Positions 1 to 12,299 of a stretch of 64,000 nucleotides of DNA are shown here, in pieces. Within the stretch, counting starts at the first letter, position 1. Every line of letters begins with the position of its first letter. The DNA lies in the NCBI GenBank assembly GCA_038087875.1, contig JAXLNO010000065.1, positions 310,001 through 374,000 of the forward strand, read 5' to 3'. The position numbers and the translations under genes were made by a program. This DNA is from Malacoraja senta (Eukaryota). Below the pieces are notes generated by a model that worked only from the letters and a program-made list of their open reading frames with translations, was not told the origin of the DNA and did no database searches.

Positions 1-683
1 CTTCAGCAGCGGCGGCGCAGACCATAGATCATAGAGCGGAACAAGATACGCCACTTGGGAAGGTAGACTTTGTCGGTACATTAAAAAGTTATTAGATTTT
101 AAAAAAATAGATCTATACTTATCACAATAATAAAGTCATCAATTTTTGTACTTCTGTACATTTTTGTTTAGTTCATGTAAGGCAGGAGTCTCCAAAATAT
201 GGCCTGCGGGACACATCAAGCCCACCACCTGATTTTTCAAGCTCAGATTCGAGTCGGGGAGCGCGGCGGCCCGGGGCTGCTCTTAGTGTTGTTACTGGTT
301 AGATCCATCGAATTGTCAGAGCCGAGACATCACTGGGCCGCCGTGAAGAAGGGTGCAATGGTGCGGTGGGGGGGATTCGGCGGCGGTCAGAATGGGATGG
401 CTGCGGGTTATAACGTGCCATCGTTCCTCTCTCCGTTCTCTCTCCCCATTCTCGCTCTCTCCCCATTCTCTCTCTCATTTTCTCTCTCTCCTCTCTCTCC
501 CCCCATTCTCTCTCTCTCTCCCTTCTCTCTCTCTCTCCCTCCCTTCACTTCTCTATCCCTCCCTCCCAGCCACGGCTCCACCCCTCTCTCTCCTCGGAGA
601 GACGCGGTGATCAATCCAGGGAGGGCCAGGCCACTGATACGAGCCAGTGCCTCCCCAGCCATTGACCTCACCGCACGTCACTG
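1..683. mobile_element. Non-autonomous DNA transposon-like sequence, right end only (left end outside window or not recognised)
   Basis: GC-rich and CT-microsatellite body ends ...CCATTGACCTCACCGCACGTCACTG at 683 and abuts the middle of a SINE (CCAAAGAC...). A hAT-MITE-like start CAGGAGTCTCCAAA...GGCCTGCGGG lies at 183. Confidence 0.4.
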
Positions 684-840
684 CCAAAGACATACAGGTT
701 TGTAGGTTAATTGGCTTCAGTAAATTGTAAATTATCCCTCTTGTGTAGGATAGTGCTGGTGTACTGGGAATGCCGGTCGGCACGGACTCGGTGGGCTGAA
801 GGCCCCGTTTCCATGCTGTATCTCTAGTCTAAAGTCTAAA
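684..840 (+). mobile_element. HE1-like SINE, 3' half
   Basis: CCAAAGAC-ATACAGGTTTGTAGGTTAATTGGC body, GGGCTGAAGG...GTTTCC tail and (CTAAAGT)n end. Confidence 0.8.
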
Positions 841-1980
841 ATCTGAAGTATTTACAGCAACAGTATTGGGGAGAGTGCCATACAGGCGAGCTCCCACAGC
901 CAGCAATAACCTGTTACTGTGACAATACTAGTTGATGGATTAGTATTAACCATGCAGCGAGTGGGAAATGTGGCTTGAAGGAAAACAGGGAAGTTTCATG
1001 TAAACTGAACACAGGGCAGATTCAAAATGGTTTGCATTTCCAGGCCTGGAACAAAGTGTACACTTCAGACTTGAACCAGTCACCTTGCTCAGTACGGCAC
1101 CTGCTTTACTGACAGGCACACAAACAGCTTTCTTATTTCCTGTAGTGTGGAGCTCAGTCCTCATTAATCATCTGTCAGGAGCAGCCAAGCAGTGGGAAGT
1201 CTCATCACTTCTCCACGGACTAGTCCAGGAGTGAAGTGACAATGGAGGAGGCTGCCTTCCGCACCACTACCTGCGTTCACAAGACTTCTTGCTGATGGGT
1301 TCTGTGTGCTCTGATCAGAGTGCCTCAGCTGATCGCTGGCTGCCAGGGCTGGAGGCAGGTAGCCCGGATTGTTGACGGGCCAAATCACATCCCGTCACCC
1401 TGGCCTTGAGCGGGTAGCGGGACTCAGTCGGTGGCTCAGTGGCGCAATGGTTCAAAGGTGCAATAGTACAATGGTACAATGGTGCTTACATTGTCACATA
1501 CGCACAGTGCTAACACAGTGAAATTCTTTTTCTTACAAACAGTTCAGTAGAGTATTGCCATCCCCCCGATACCTGATTAGAAAGTGTGTAGAAATAGTCT
1601 GCTGAGCCCGAATGCAAGAGGTGCCATGTTTTGGTGCCATATTCTAAATCCACGTTCTGATTCTTGTGACGTTCCTATTGCCTGTCCGAGGCAAGTCCCA
1701 GGCTGTTGCGGGCCTCCAGCCATCTCCTTCCTTGGACACCACGTCCCTCTACTCGTCCGTCCTTTGCTCACCGGGGACGACTCCCGCAGCCGACCATGAG
1801 GGCACGGTAACCACACCCTGGTTCCCTCTCCTCTCCTACCGGCCTTGCTCCACTCATGTCGGCTCAGGCAGTTAGTTCAATTTCAACCTCTGGTGCTGTC
1901 TATGTGGAGTTTGCACGCTCTCCTTGTGACCATGTGGGTTTCCCCAGGTGCTCTGGTTTCCTCCCACATCCCTGGACTTA

Positions 1981-2533
1981 AAGCCCTATCCCATGGGCAG
2001 GCGGTTACTGGCGGTGACGCGCGGTGTAGCAGGAAGTTGGGACCGCACGTGGACCGCCAGGGGACCGTGCATGGCCCGCGGGGTCGGTCCCACGCAGATC
2101 GCCGGAACCGTATGTAGTTGGTCCCGATACCGCGTGGTGCTCAGAAAAACTGACACTGTCCAAAAATCTCGGCCTGCCGCCCAGCCGCCGCCTCTTCACC
2201 GCGAGCACCGCCTGTACGCCGCGAGCACCGCCTGTACGCCGCGAGCCGTCTCGACGTCATCGCGTAGCGCGTTGCGTTGCGCGATGACGTCATCACCCGA
2301 GGCTGCGCTCACCGCATGCATTCGCATGCTCGTGGGACAGGCCGTACGGTAAACACTCGGCCTCCGCGCGGCAACCGCTTCCGGTCAGGTTGCGCTTGCC
2401 GCATGCTCGTGGGACCGGCCGTACGGTGAACACTCGGCTCCCCGTGCGGTGCTCCCGCGGTAGCCGTGCGGTCCCCGCTTCCGGGGACGCCGCGCTTCAC
2501 CGCCTGTTACCGCCTGCCCGTGGGACAGGGCCT
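1981..2533. mobile_element. PIF/Harbinger-like MITE, CpG-rich
   Basis: About 45-bp imperfect TIRs: AAGCCCTATCCCATGGGCAGGCGGTTACTGGCGGTGACGCGCGG versus CCGCGCTTCACCGCCTGTTACCGCCTGCCCGTGGGACAGGGCCT. Flanks are TTA/TGA. Internal palindrome at 2253-2291 and internal direct repeats. Confidence 0.75.
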
Positions 2534-2649
2534 TGAGATAGACACAAAGTGCTGGAGTAACTCAGTGGGTCAGGCAGGTACAGTGAAAAGCTTTTGTTTG
2601 CAAACTAACCAATCAAAACAGATATGTTCTACACATGAATACTTTTAAC

Positions 2650-2920
2650 TTTAGAGATACAGTGTGGAAACAGACCCTTCAGCCCACCGAGATCATCCTG
2701 TACACTGACATTGTCCTACATACCAGGGGCAATCTACAATTTTACAGAAACCAATTTCCCTACAAACCTGTACGTATTTGGACCGTGGGAGGAAACCGGA
2801 GCATTTGGAGGAAATTCATGTGGTCACAGGGAGAACATACAAACACTGTACAGACAGCACCTGTAGTCAGCCTTTGGCGCTGTCAGTCAGTAACTCTGCC
2901 ACTAAGCCACTGTGCCACAA
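2650..2920 (-). mobile_element. HE1-like SINE
   Basis: Reverse complement of the SINE consensus seen throughout the window. Confidence 0.75.
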
Positions 2921-3524
2921 TTCACAAGTACAACCAAACACAAGTACAAGATGTAGAGTGAAGAGAAAGACAGTACAGAATATGGTTCTCCTTGTGTAAT
3001 AGTTCCAGAGGAGGTCCAATGTCCACAATGAGATAGGTTGGAGAATCGGGATGGTACTCTAGCTCAAGGACGGAACGTTCAGAGGTCTGATTACAGATGG
3101 GTAGAGGCTGCTCCTGAGTCTGGCTGCGCGCTTTCAAGCTTCTATATCCTCTGCCCAGCAAGGGCTGGGAGAAGATGGAATGACCAAGGTGTGAAAGGTC
3201 TTGATTGGGGTGCAGGTGGAAATAAAGCAATGTGATATTATGTAAGTGTCAGATACATCCAATATTAAAGTGAAGTCGGCATGATGCTGGAATGGCCCTA
3301 ACATTGGTCACTATCAATATCTACTACTCACCTCTACTGTTGGAAGTCATAGGCCCAGCATCCTAACTGAACACAGGATTCAACCCTAAGTGGTTTTGGA
3401 GCCTGGATGCCTGTTTGAGATCTGCAACCGTTGCTGCATTAGTTTGCAACTCAGCTCATGCGCAGCAGGCAATGCAGTACAAGGTTGCTGATGTAGAGTC
3501 TGCAGCAAGTTTATTGCAACCATC

Positions 3525-4025
3525 AGAATGACAGCTCCACCCAAGACCGCAAGAAATTGCAGGGAGTTGTGGACGCACCCCAGACCATCACACAAACCAA
3601 CCTCCCTTCCATTGACTCCATCTACGTTTCACGCTGCCATGGTAAGGCCACTAGCATAATCAAGGACACGTTTCGCCTTGGTCACCCCCTCGTCTCCCCT
3701 CTCCCATCGGGCAAGAGGTACAGAAGTGTGAAAATGCACACCTCCAAATTCAGAGACAGTATCTTCTTAGCTGTTATCAGGCAACTGAAGCATCCTAGAG
3801 AACAGTCCTGACCTTCCATCTACCTCATTGGAGACCCTCGGACTATCTTTAATCAGACTTTACTGAACTTTATCTTGCACTAATGTTATTCCTTTATCCT
3901 GTATCAGCACACTGTGGACGCCTTGATTGTGATCATGTATAGACTTTTCGTTGACTGGATATAATACAACTAAACAGTTTTTCACTGTACCTCAGTGCAC
4001 GTGACAATAACGGACTAAACTAAAT
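3525..4025 (+). mobile_element. Rex1/Babar-like LINE 3' fragment
   Basis: ORF 3557-3811 (...HPLVSPLPSGKRYRS...FRDSIF.AVIRQL) matches the ORF2 C-terminus of the other Rex1-type copies in the window. Confidence 0.7.
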
Positions 4026-4464
4026 TATAAAATATATGAAGCATTTGTGATTATCTTACATTGGCAGTCCTGGTGAGGTCTTTGTTACTTCTTCAAGCAC
4101 TTTAGAGTCATACAGCATGGAAACAGGCCCTTTGGCCCAACTTGCCCATGCTGACCAAGGTGTCCCATCCACGCTAGTTCCACCTGCATGCATTTGGCCC
4201 ATATCCCTCTAAACCTTTCAGATCCATGTATCTATCCAAATGTCTTTTACATGTTGTTTAAACGCTGCTGCCATTTTGCTGTCTCGGTGTTATTTGGTTG
4301 AGAGTACCCCACTCTCCATTTCTGCCAATGAAATTGTCCGTGGTGTGTAAGATAAAACTAGTGCACGTGTGATCTTTGGTCGCTGTGGACTCGGTGGGCC
4401 AAAGGGCCTGTTTCCACACCGTATCTCTAAACTAATTTTAAAAAACATAACAGGGAGGACGTGG

Positions 4465-4925
4465 AGACTTTGGAGAGGGTGCACAAGAACTTTACCAGAA
4501 TACTGCCCGGATTAGAGGATACGGAGAGCTTGGATTAGAGGATACGGAGAGCTTGGACAAACTTAGGTTGTTTTCTCTGGAACATTGGAGGCTGAAGGAA
4601 GATGTGAGAGAAGTTCATAAACTTATGAGAGGCAGAGAAAGGCTAGACAGTCAGAAACTGTTTCCTTGCATGGAAATGTCAAATATTAGAGGGCATAGCC
4701 TTAAGGTAAGAGGTAGAAAGTTTATAGTAGATGTGTGAGGCAAACCTTTACATAGAGAGTGATGTGCATTTGGAATGCCCTGCCTAGGGTGGTGCTGGAA
4801 GCATATATAAAATTACATTTAAGAGGCCTTTCTATAGACACGTGGATAAGAAGAATAGATGAACCTGGCTTTACGTCTGGCATGAATATTATGGGCCGAA
4901 GGGCCTGTTCCTGTGCTGTTCTATG
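4465..4925 (+). mobile_element. CR1-like LINE 3' fragment, degenerate
   Basis: LDKLRLFSLE...RGHSLKV motif and CR1/HE1-type tail; contains a 23-bp tandem duplication at 4509-4554. Confidence 0.7.
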
Positions 4926-5264
4926 TTTGATGTCAACACAACAAAGAAAAAGCCTTTTATATCCATGTCCTGCAATCCCTAACCCTTCTTTACTCGAGAG
5001 GCGTGCAAGGATTTCTTCATGGCCTGCCCTGAGTTGGATCAGTAATGCCAATATTGATTTTTGCATAACACACGAAAGGTTTACAAAACCTCATTACTTT
5101 GGAGACTTGCTTCAATCAATGATAATTGCTGGTGAAATGTCAGACCATTATTTAATCAGTGCCCCCGATGTTGAAAAGGCGTGAAGGGATAGGGCTCGAT
5201 CTCAGTTTTGACCTTTTAGCAGTCAAAGTCTTTTGGCATTTCAAATATACTTTTTTTTCCTCTT

Positions 5265-5715
5265 TCCTATTCCCTCCCCCACTCCCACCCTGGTGTGCGG
5301 CCATTTCTCCCACTGTCTTCCACCCCCACTCCCAATAACCCTACTCCTTTCCCACTCCTCCATTCACTCATCACCCATTCCCCCATTTATCTTTTATCCC
5401 TTTTCCCCATCCCCGCTTGTTTGCACCCATGTCCCTCCAGCTTTACCTTTCACTTCTCTTCTTATCTGACACCCTTTTTTCTCCTTCTCACCTCTAGCCT
5501 TTGTCACTTACTCTGTCCATCGGCTACTCTTGCTGGGCTTTGTCCTGCCCCCATCTCTTCCAGCTTTCTCTCTCCCGCTACAATCAGTCTGAAGAAGGGT
5601 CCCAATCTGAAACATTGCCGGTTCATTCCCCACCTCAGACGCTGCCTGACCTGCCGAGTTCCTCCAGGACATTGCTTTTTACTCAAGTTTCCAACTTCTT
5701 CAGTTCCTTACATGT
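5265..5715 (+). mobile_element. Penelope-like element 3' region / pseudo-LTR remnant
   Basis: Pyrimidine-rich tract followed by CAGTCTGAAGAAGGGTCCCAATCTGAAAC...GCTGCCTGACCTGCCGAGTTCCTCCAG, a motif repeated many times in the window. Confidence 0.55.
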
Positions 5716-6059
5716 CTCCCCTTCCGTACTTTCCAGCTTTTCCCTACTTTCCGCTCAACATTTGGGAATGGCTGTCAACGCTTCCAGCTCCCACACTTCC
5801 ACTCCAAACAGATGGTTCCAAACGTTCGGTGACTTTGTGTCAGCTGGAGATAAGCTGGAGACAATACCCATTGTCCTAAACCTTTGCGTGATCCAAATAA
5901 AATGTCTAGAAATTGAACACATTCCCATCATTACTTGTTTTTATCCTCCAGCATTCCCTTGTAACGAGTTCTGTGTTAAGAGGGAGTGACACTTGTTAAC
6001 ATGGGGACACAGTATGCACAAATAAGCTCACGTTGATTAATATTTCATTAATGATTTAT

Positions 6060-6352
6060 TGGTGGCACAGTGGTAGAGTTGCTGCCTTACAGCTCCAGAC
6101 ACCAGGTTTCGATCCTGACTACGGGTGCTGTCTGTACGGAGTTTGTACGTTCTCCCTGTGACCCGGTTGGTTTCCTCCAGATGCTCCAGTTTCCTCCCAC
6201 ATTCCAAAGACGTGCAGGTTTGTCGGTTAATGGGCTTCTATAAATTGTCCCTTGTGTAAAGGATAGAACCAATGTACGGGTGATCGCTGGTCGGCGTGGA
6301 CTCGGTGGGCTGAAGGGCCTGTTTCCACGCTGTATCTCTAAAGTAAACTAAA
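6060..6352 (+). mobile_element. HE1-like V-SINE, near full length
   Basis: tRNA-like head with B-box-like GTTTCGATCC, V-domain (GGAGTTTGTACGTTCTCCC...GTTTCCTCCCAC), CR1-type tail and (TAAAC)n end. Confidence 0.85.
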
Positions 6353-6789
6353 CTGTTTAGTTTAAGGAAGATGTGTGGGGCAAGTTTTTTACATGGAGGA
6401 TGGCAAAGTACCTCAAACACACTGCTGGGGGTGGTGGTGGAGGCAGATACAAGATTGGAGCTTAAGAGGCTTTTAGATAGGCACACGGATATGCAGGGAA
6501 TGGAGGGATATGGCCCATGGGGGGCGGGTGGATGAGATTAACTTGGAATCATGTTTGGCACAGGCATTGTGGGCTGAAGTTCCTGTTCCTATGCTGTGCT
6601 GTTCCATGTTCTAGTTTGCTGTTTTACAAGGCCTTTCCACCATCTACAACAGACAAGTCAGGAGAATGATGAAATTCTGCCCATTTGCCACTCTACTTGG
6701 AGTTCAGCTCCAACTACTCTCAAAGCTCAACACCATTGATGGCACAACAGAGTTGCTTCCTTACTTTGCCAGACACTTTGCCAGACACA

Positions 6790-7369
6790 ATCCCGGGAGG
6801 GCAGGGGGGACACGCCCCCCCCATGTTTTGAGAGGCGGGGGACGATTCCCCCCCCCCCCCATGATTTGTAATCCGTATTTTAAAACTCGGTAAAAAATCT
6901 ATTAAAAATCTCCGCTTTCCGCGAGACAGTGGGGATGATCGAGGGCGCCGATTGGACAAGAGCAGGCATTGGGGGGGACATGATGATTCAGCGCGGTGAT
7001 TGGAGGAGGGAGACATCCGTGGAGCAAAGATCATAGAGCAGAGCTTGAATCGGCCTGTTCGCGGGGCTTTTCATCGCCCGGCCCGGCGCAGCTTAAAATC
7101 GACCGCATGATCTTCCACCGCCCCGCGGTCAAATTGCTGCGTCGAGGTGATCGAGGCTCCCGATGTTGAAGCCCCCGCGAACGGGCCAATTGAAGCCCCA
7201 CGATTCGGGGCGGACGAAGCTGCTGTTGCTGGAGTTAGGAGTCGGTCACCAACCAGGTCAGCTCCCGATGTTACCGTCCACAGGCCCCATGGCCGAAGCC
7301 TCGCATGCGCTTGCGGCCGCCAAGAAATTGTGTCACCCCCCCATGTTTTGAGAGCTATTTCCGTGCCTG
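6790..7369. mobile_element. Non-autonomous DNA element inserted in a SINE (left terminus damaged)
   Basis: Splits a SINE (head 6740-6789, remainder 7370-7600). Subterminal direct repeat CCCCCCATGTTTTGAGA near 6817 and 7337. Right end ATTTCCGTGCCTG. Confidence 0.55.
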
Positions 7370-8139
7370 GACACCTGGGTACGATCCTGACTACGGGTGC
7401 TGTCTGTACGGAGTTTGTACGTTCTCCCTGTGACCTGGTGAACTTTCTCCGGGTGCTTAGTTTCATTCCACACTCCAGATGTGCAGGTTGTAGGTTGTTT
7501 GGCTTCTGCAAATTGTCCTAATGTATAAGATACACAGTAACTAGTTTACGGGTGCAGACACAGTTGGCCAAAGGGCCTGTTTCCACTCTGTATCTCTAAA
7601 ATAACAAACTGAACCAAGCTAAATCTTACAGGTAAAGGTAAAGCTTCTTGCTTAATTTAGAAAAAGAACACTGATTGGGCTGCATTTGGAGTTTTGCGTT
7701 CAGTTCTGGTCACCACACGGCAGGAAGGAGGTGATTGCAGTGGCATAGATGCCTGATTGCTGCTGTGATGCAGAAAACAGGGGCAGATAGACTGCAGCAG
7801 CAAGTTCCTTCAAGATGCTTATTAAAACATACCTTTTCACAAAAGCTTTCAGGGTCACGACTATTGTAACTCTTTTTATGGTTCAATATTTGATGAAACT
7901 GTCCTGAAGTATCTTGTGTGATGTAGAGTGCGTAGATTGCACTCTATAAATAGAACCACAAAGTGTTGGATAAGCTCAGCGGATCAGGTGGCATCTGTGG
8001 GAAGAGAAATAGAGTTCGTTTCAGAATTGAGTCATTTTGACCTGAAATGTTAACTGTTTCTCTCTCCACAGTCGCAGCCTGACCTGCTGAGTATTTCCAG
8101 CACTTTCTGTTGCTATTTCAATTTCCAGCATCTGAAGTT

Positions 8140-8440
8140 TAATTTAGTTCAGAGATACAGTGTGGAAACAGGCCTTTTGGCCCACTGAGTCCACGCCGAC
8201 CAGCAATCTCCGGACATTAGCACTACACACACTAGGGACAATTTTACAAGTTTACCGAGCCAATTGGCCTACAAAGCTGCACGTCTTTGGAGTGTGGGAG
8301 GAAACCAGAGCACCCGGAGAAAACCCATGCAGGTCACAGGGAGAACATACACACTCCGTACTGACAACACCCTAGTTGGGATTGAACCCAGGTCTCTGGT
8401 GCTGTAAGGCAGCAACTTTACTGCCACCGTGCCACCGTGT
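8140..8440 (-). mobile_element. HE1-like SINE
   Basis: Full reverse-complement match to the SINE pattern. Confidence 0.85.
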
Positions 8441-9519
8441 TTTGATCTGCACTCTATAAATAAATGGAACATTACAGTTTGCAGGTTTAATGATATTTCA
8501 TTTTCACTGGACACATTCAAAGGGCTTCAAAGACCCTCTTTGCCCCCAGAGTGGACGAAGTCTTGTTTGGCCTTCAGAAGCCTGTACCCCTGCTCACACT
8601 CTGCCCGCTGACGCATCAGCCTGTTCCCTGCAGGCAGAAAAATCCAGAACACAGTCGGACGGGAATATGTCTCCTTTTGTTAATTCTGTTGTGGCAAATC
8701 TTGAAAAGCCGCCGGCAATGCAGGATACATCTCCACGGTGGTTTGAGTGTTAGCAGTGCATTGAAATGGCAGCGAGATCGTGGGTAAGGATCTATCTCTG
8801 ATCCCTGTCTAACCTGGGTCAGCTCGCTGCAACTTGGAGAGGACAGCGAAGGGCTGAGGGGGGACAGGAGCTGTCTCCGAGTCTCAATCCATGGCACACG
8901 TCAACCTAGGGGACCTTTCTCCGTTACCTCCTGATGATTATTGGAAGGCAAAGATCCCCTTCATTTTATTTCAGTGGGCTTTTTTTTCCCTCCCCGGATC
9001 AGTGAATTCGATTAAGTGAAAAAGCAGAAGGGAATGACTTTGAGCTGTTGTGTAATCGATCTTTCCTCACACTGACAATCAGCATTAAAGGTTGGCATGT
9101 GTTAGTGTTTTTCTTCACTCATTTACCCGACAGGTTGATGAGAAACGTTGCTGCACGGCAAGGCTCGACGCCCCAGGCTCCCAAGGGAGGCTGCACCCTC
9201 CTTGGTTAATTACTGCAGTTGGATGATGTTGGCTGAACATGGGGAGGGGGGGGGGAGTCAGACAAGGGCTGAAGCAGGGACTCCTTCTCCTTCCCACCAT
9301 CCCCACGTGCTTCAGCTATCCATCGCCCAAGGAAGCAATGGTGGGCCGCCTGCCACCATGTCGGAAAATGGGGAAAAGATCCTGCAAAGGCCAGCGCGGA
9401 GACTGGGACGCAGGGGACTGCACATGCTGCTTCACAACAAAAGACACAAAGTGCTGGAGTTATTCAATGGGCTAGGCAGCATCTCAGGAGAATATGGATA
9501 GGTGACCTTTCACAAATTC

Positions 9520-10115
9520 ACAAGTTATAGGAGCAGAATTAGGCCATTTGGCCCATCGAGTCTATTCCACCATTCAATCATGGCTGATCTCTGCCTGCTA
9601 ATCCCATTTTCCTGCCTTCTCCCCATAAGCGACTTTGAGTCCTGAAAAGCGCTATATAAATAAAATGTATTATTATTATTATTATTATAACCTTTGACAC
9701 CCATTCTAATCAAGAATTTGTCTATCTCTGCCTTAAAAATATCCACCAACCTGGCCTTCACAGCTCTTTCACAGATTACCTACCCTCTGTCTAAAGAAGT
9801 TCCTCCTCACCTCCTTTCTAAAAGAGTGCCCTTTAATTCTGAGGCTATGACCTCTGGTCCTAGTCTCTCCCACCAGTGGAAACATCCTTTCCACATCCAC
9901 TCTCACTAGTATTTTGTAATATTTGACATTATTACAATATTTGAGGTAGCCCCCCTCAACCTTTTAAACTCCAGCGAGTAGAGGCCCAGTGCTGTCAAAC
10001 GCTCATCATATGCTAACCCACTCATTCCTGGAATCATTCTTGTAAACCTCCTCTGGACCCTCTCCAGATCCAGCACATCCTTCCTCAGATATGGGGTCCA
10101 AATTTGCTCACAGTA
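9520..10115 (-). mobile_element. CR1 LINE 3' fragment
   Basis: Reverse complement of the CR1 ORF2 C-terminus and 3' UTR (GGCCGAATGGCCTAATTCTGCTCC type). Confidence 0.8.
9629..9686 (+). mobile_element. 58-bp L2-type 3' tail inserted in CR1
   Basis: GCGACTTTGAGTCCTGAAAAGCGCTATATAAATAAAATG(TAT)n flanked by ATAA/ATAA; removing it restores the CR1 sequence CCCCATAACC. Confidence 0.7.
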
Positions 10116-10644
10116 CAGTACACAAAGTCTGAAGAAGGATCCCGATCTGACATGTCACCTATCCATGTTCTTCAGAGATGCTGCTTGACTCACTGAATTA
10201 CTCCAGCACTTTGTGTACTTTTGCATAAACCACCATGTGCTGTTCCTTGTTTCTACAAAAGACACAAAGTGCTGGAGTAACACAGCCTGTCAGGCAGCAT
10301 TGTTGGAAGACGTGGATAAGCAACACCAAGGGTCTATTTGATGGAGGGTCCCAACCCGAAACATCACCTAACCATGTTCTTCAGAGATGCTGCCTGACCT
10401 GTTGTTACTCCAGCAGTCTGTGGCTTTTTTTGGTGACAAGTGGGAGGTGGCCTGATGTGGTGATCTTTCAAGGAGCAAGTACTGACCAGGTCACTGGGGA
10501 CAACTCCTCTGCTCTTCCGCATATGGTGGCATGAAAGAACGCAGCAGTAGGCTATTCGGCCCATCATATCCGCTGGCTTGTTGAAAGGAGCTGCTCCACT
10601 TCTCTCTTCCCAAACTCCTAAACTAATGTTTAGGCTAATGTAAC

Positions 10645-12098
10645 CCCACTTTATAAAAAGGGAGGGAGAGAGAAAACGGGGAATTACAGACCAGTTAGTC
10701 TAACGTCGGTAGTGGGGAAACTGCTAGAATCAGTTATTAAAGATGGGATAGCAGCACATTTGGAAAGTGGTGAAATCATTGGACAAAGTCAGCATGGATT
10801 TATGAAAGGTAAATCATGTCTGACGAATCTTATAGAATTTTTCGAGGATGTAACTAGTAGATAAGGGAGAACCTGTGGATGTGTTATATCTGGACTTTTA
10901 GAAGGCTTTCGACAAGGTCCCACATAAGAGATTAGTATACAAACTTAAAGCACACGGTATTGGGGGTTCAGTATTGATGTGGATAGAGAACTGGCTGGCA
11001 GACAGGAAGCAAAGAGTAGGAGTAAACGGGTCCTTTTCACAACGGCAGGCAGTGACTAGTGGGGTACCGCAAGGCTCAGTGCTGGGACCCCAGCTATTTA
11101 AGATATATATTAATGATTTGGACGAGGGAATTGAATGCAACATCTCCAAGTTTGCGGATGACACGAAGCTGGGGGGGAAGGGTTAGCTGTGAGGAGGATG
11201 CTCGGAGGCTGCAAGGTGACTTGGATAGGCTGGGTGAGTGGGCAAATGCATGGCAGATGCAGTATAATGCGGATAAATGTGAGGTTATCCACTTTGGTGG
11301 CAAAAACAGGAAAGTACACTATTATCTGAATGGTGGCCGATTAGGAAAAGGGAAGATGCAACGAGACCTGGGTGTCATGGTACACCAGTCATTGAAAGTA
11401 GGCATGCAGGTGCAGCAGGCAGTGAAGAAGGCGAATGGTATGTTAGCATTCATAGCAAAAGGATTTGAGTATAAGAGCAGGGAGGTTCTACTGCAGTTGT
11501 ACAGGGTCTTGGTGAGACCACACCTGGAGTATTGCGTACAGTTTTGGTCTCCAAATCTGAGGAAAGACATTCTTGCCATAGGGGGAGTACAGAGAAGGTT
11601 CACCAGACTGATTCCTGGGATGTCAGGACTTTCATATGAAGAAAGACTGGATAGACTCAGTTTGTACTCGCTAGAATTTAGAAGATTGAGGGGGGATCTT
11701 ATAGAAACGTACAAAATTCTTAAGGGGTTGGACAGGCTAGATGCAGGAAGATTGTTCCTGATGTTGGGGAAGTCCAGAACAAGGGGTCACAGTTTAAGGA
11801 TAAGGGGGAAATCTTTTAGGACCGAGATGAGGAAAACATTTTTCACACAGAGAGTGGTGAATCTGTGGAATTCTCTGCCACAGAGGGTAGTTGAGGCCAG
11901 TTCATTGGCTATATTTAAGAGGGAGTTAGATGTGGCCCTTGTGGCTAAAGGGATCAGGGGGTATGGAGAGAAGGCAGGTACAGGATACTGAGTTGGATGA
12001 TCAGCCATGATCATATTGAATGGCGGTGCAGGCTCGAAGGGCCGAATGGCCTACTCCTGCACCTATTTTCTATGTTCTATGTTTCCATGTTTCTATGT
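10645..12098 (+). mobile_element. CR1 LINE, 5'-truncated, RT with few disruptions
   Basis: [34 protein letters not shown] and FADD motifs; ORFs 10974-11186 and 11059-11991; (TTCTATGT)n tail. Confidence 0.95.
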
Positions 12099-12299
12099 AA
12101 ACTGTTTCCACTTCAAGTGTTCACGAGCTTCAGTTTTGGACGTTATTATTGACCATGAACCTGTCTGTGTCCGGTCACCGATCATGACTGGTTCTCCACA
12201 TCTACTCGCCCAAAGGATCTAATAATTGCCAGCAACACTGTAAGTACCCTACTCAACTCTGCCTTTAACACATCTCCCCACATCTCCCCAGTGACCTGG

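Noticed and set aside
199..705. 168-aa ORF, and the 194-aa ORF at 5295-5879
   Set aside because: Low-complexity CT-rich repeat sequence.
1147..1358. Possible coding exon (TTCCTGTAG acceptor, CAG|GTAG donor)
   Set aside because: All three + strand frames contain stops and the donor is weak; at most non-coding.
6060..6130. tRNA genes at SINE heads
   Set aside because: They continue into V-domain and LINE-type tails and lack a complete cloverleaf.
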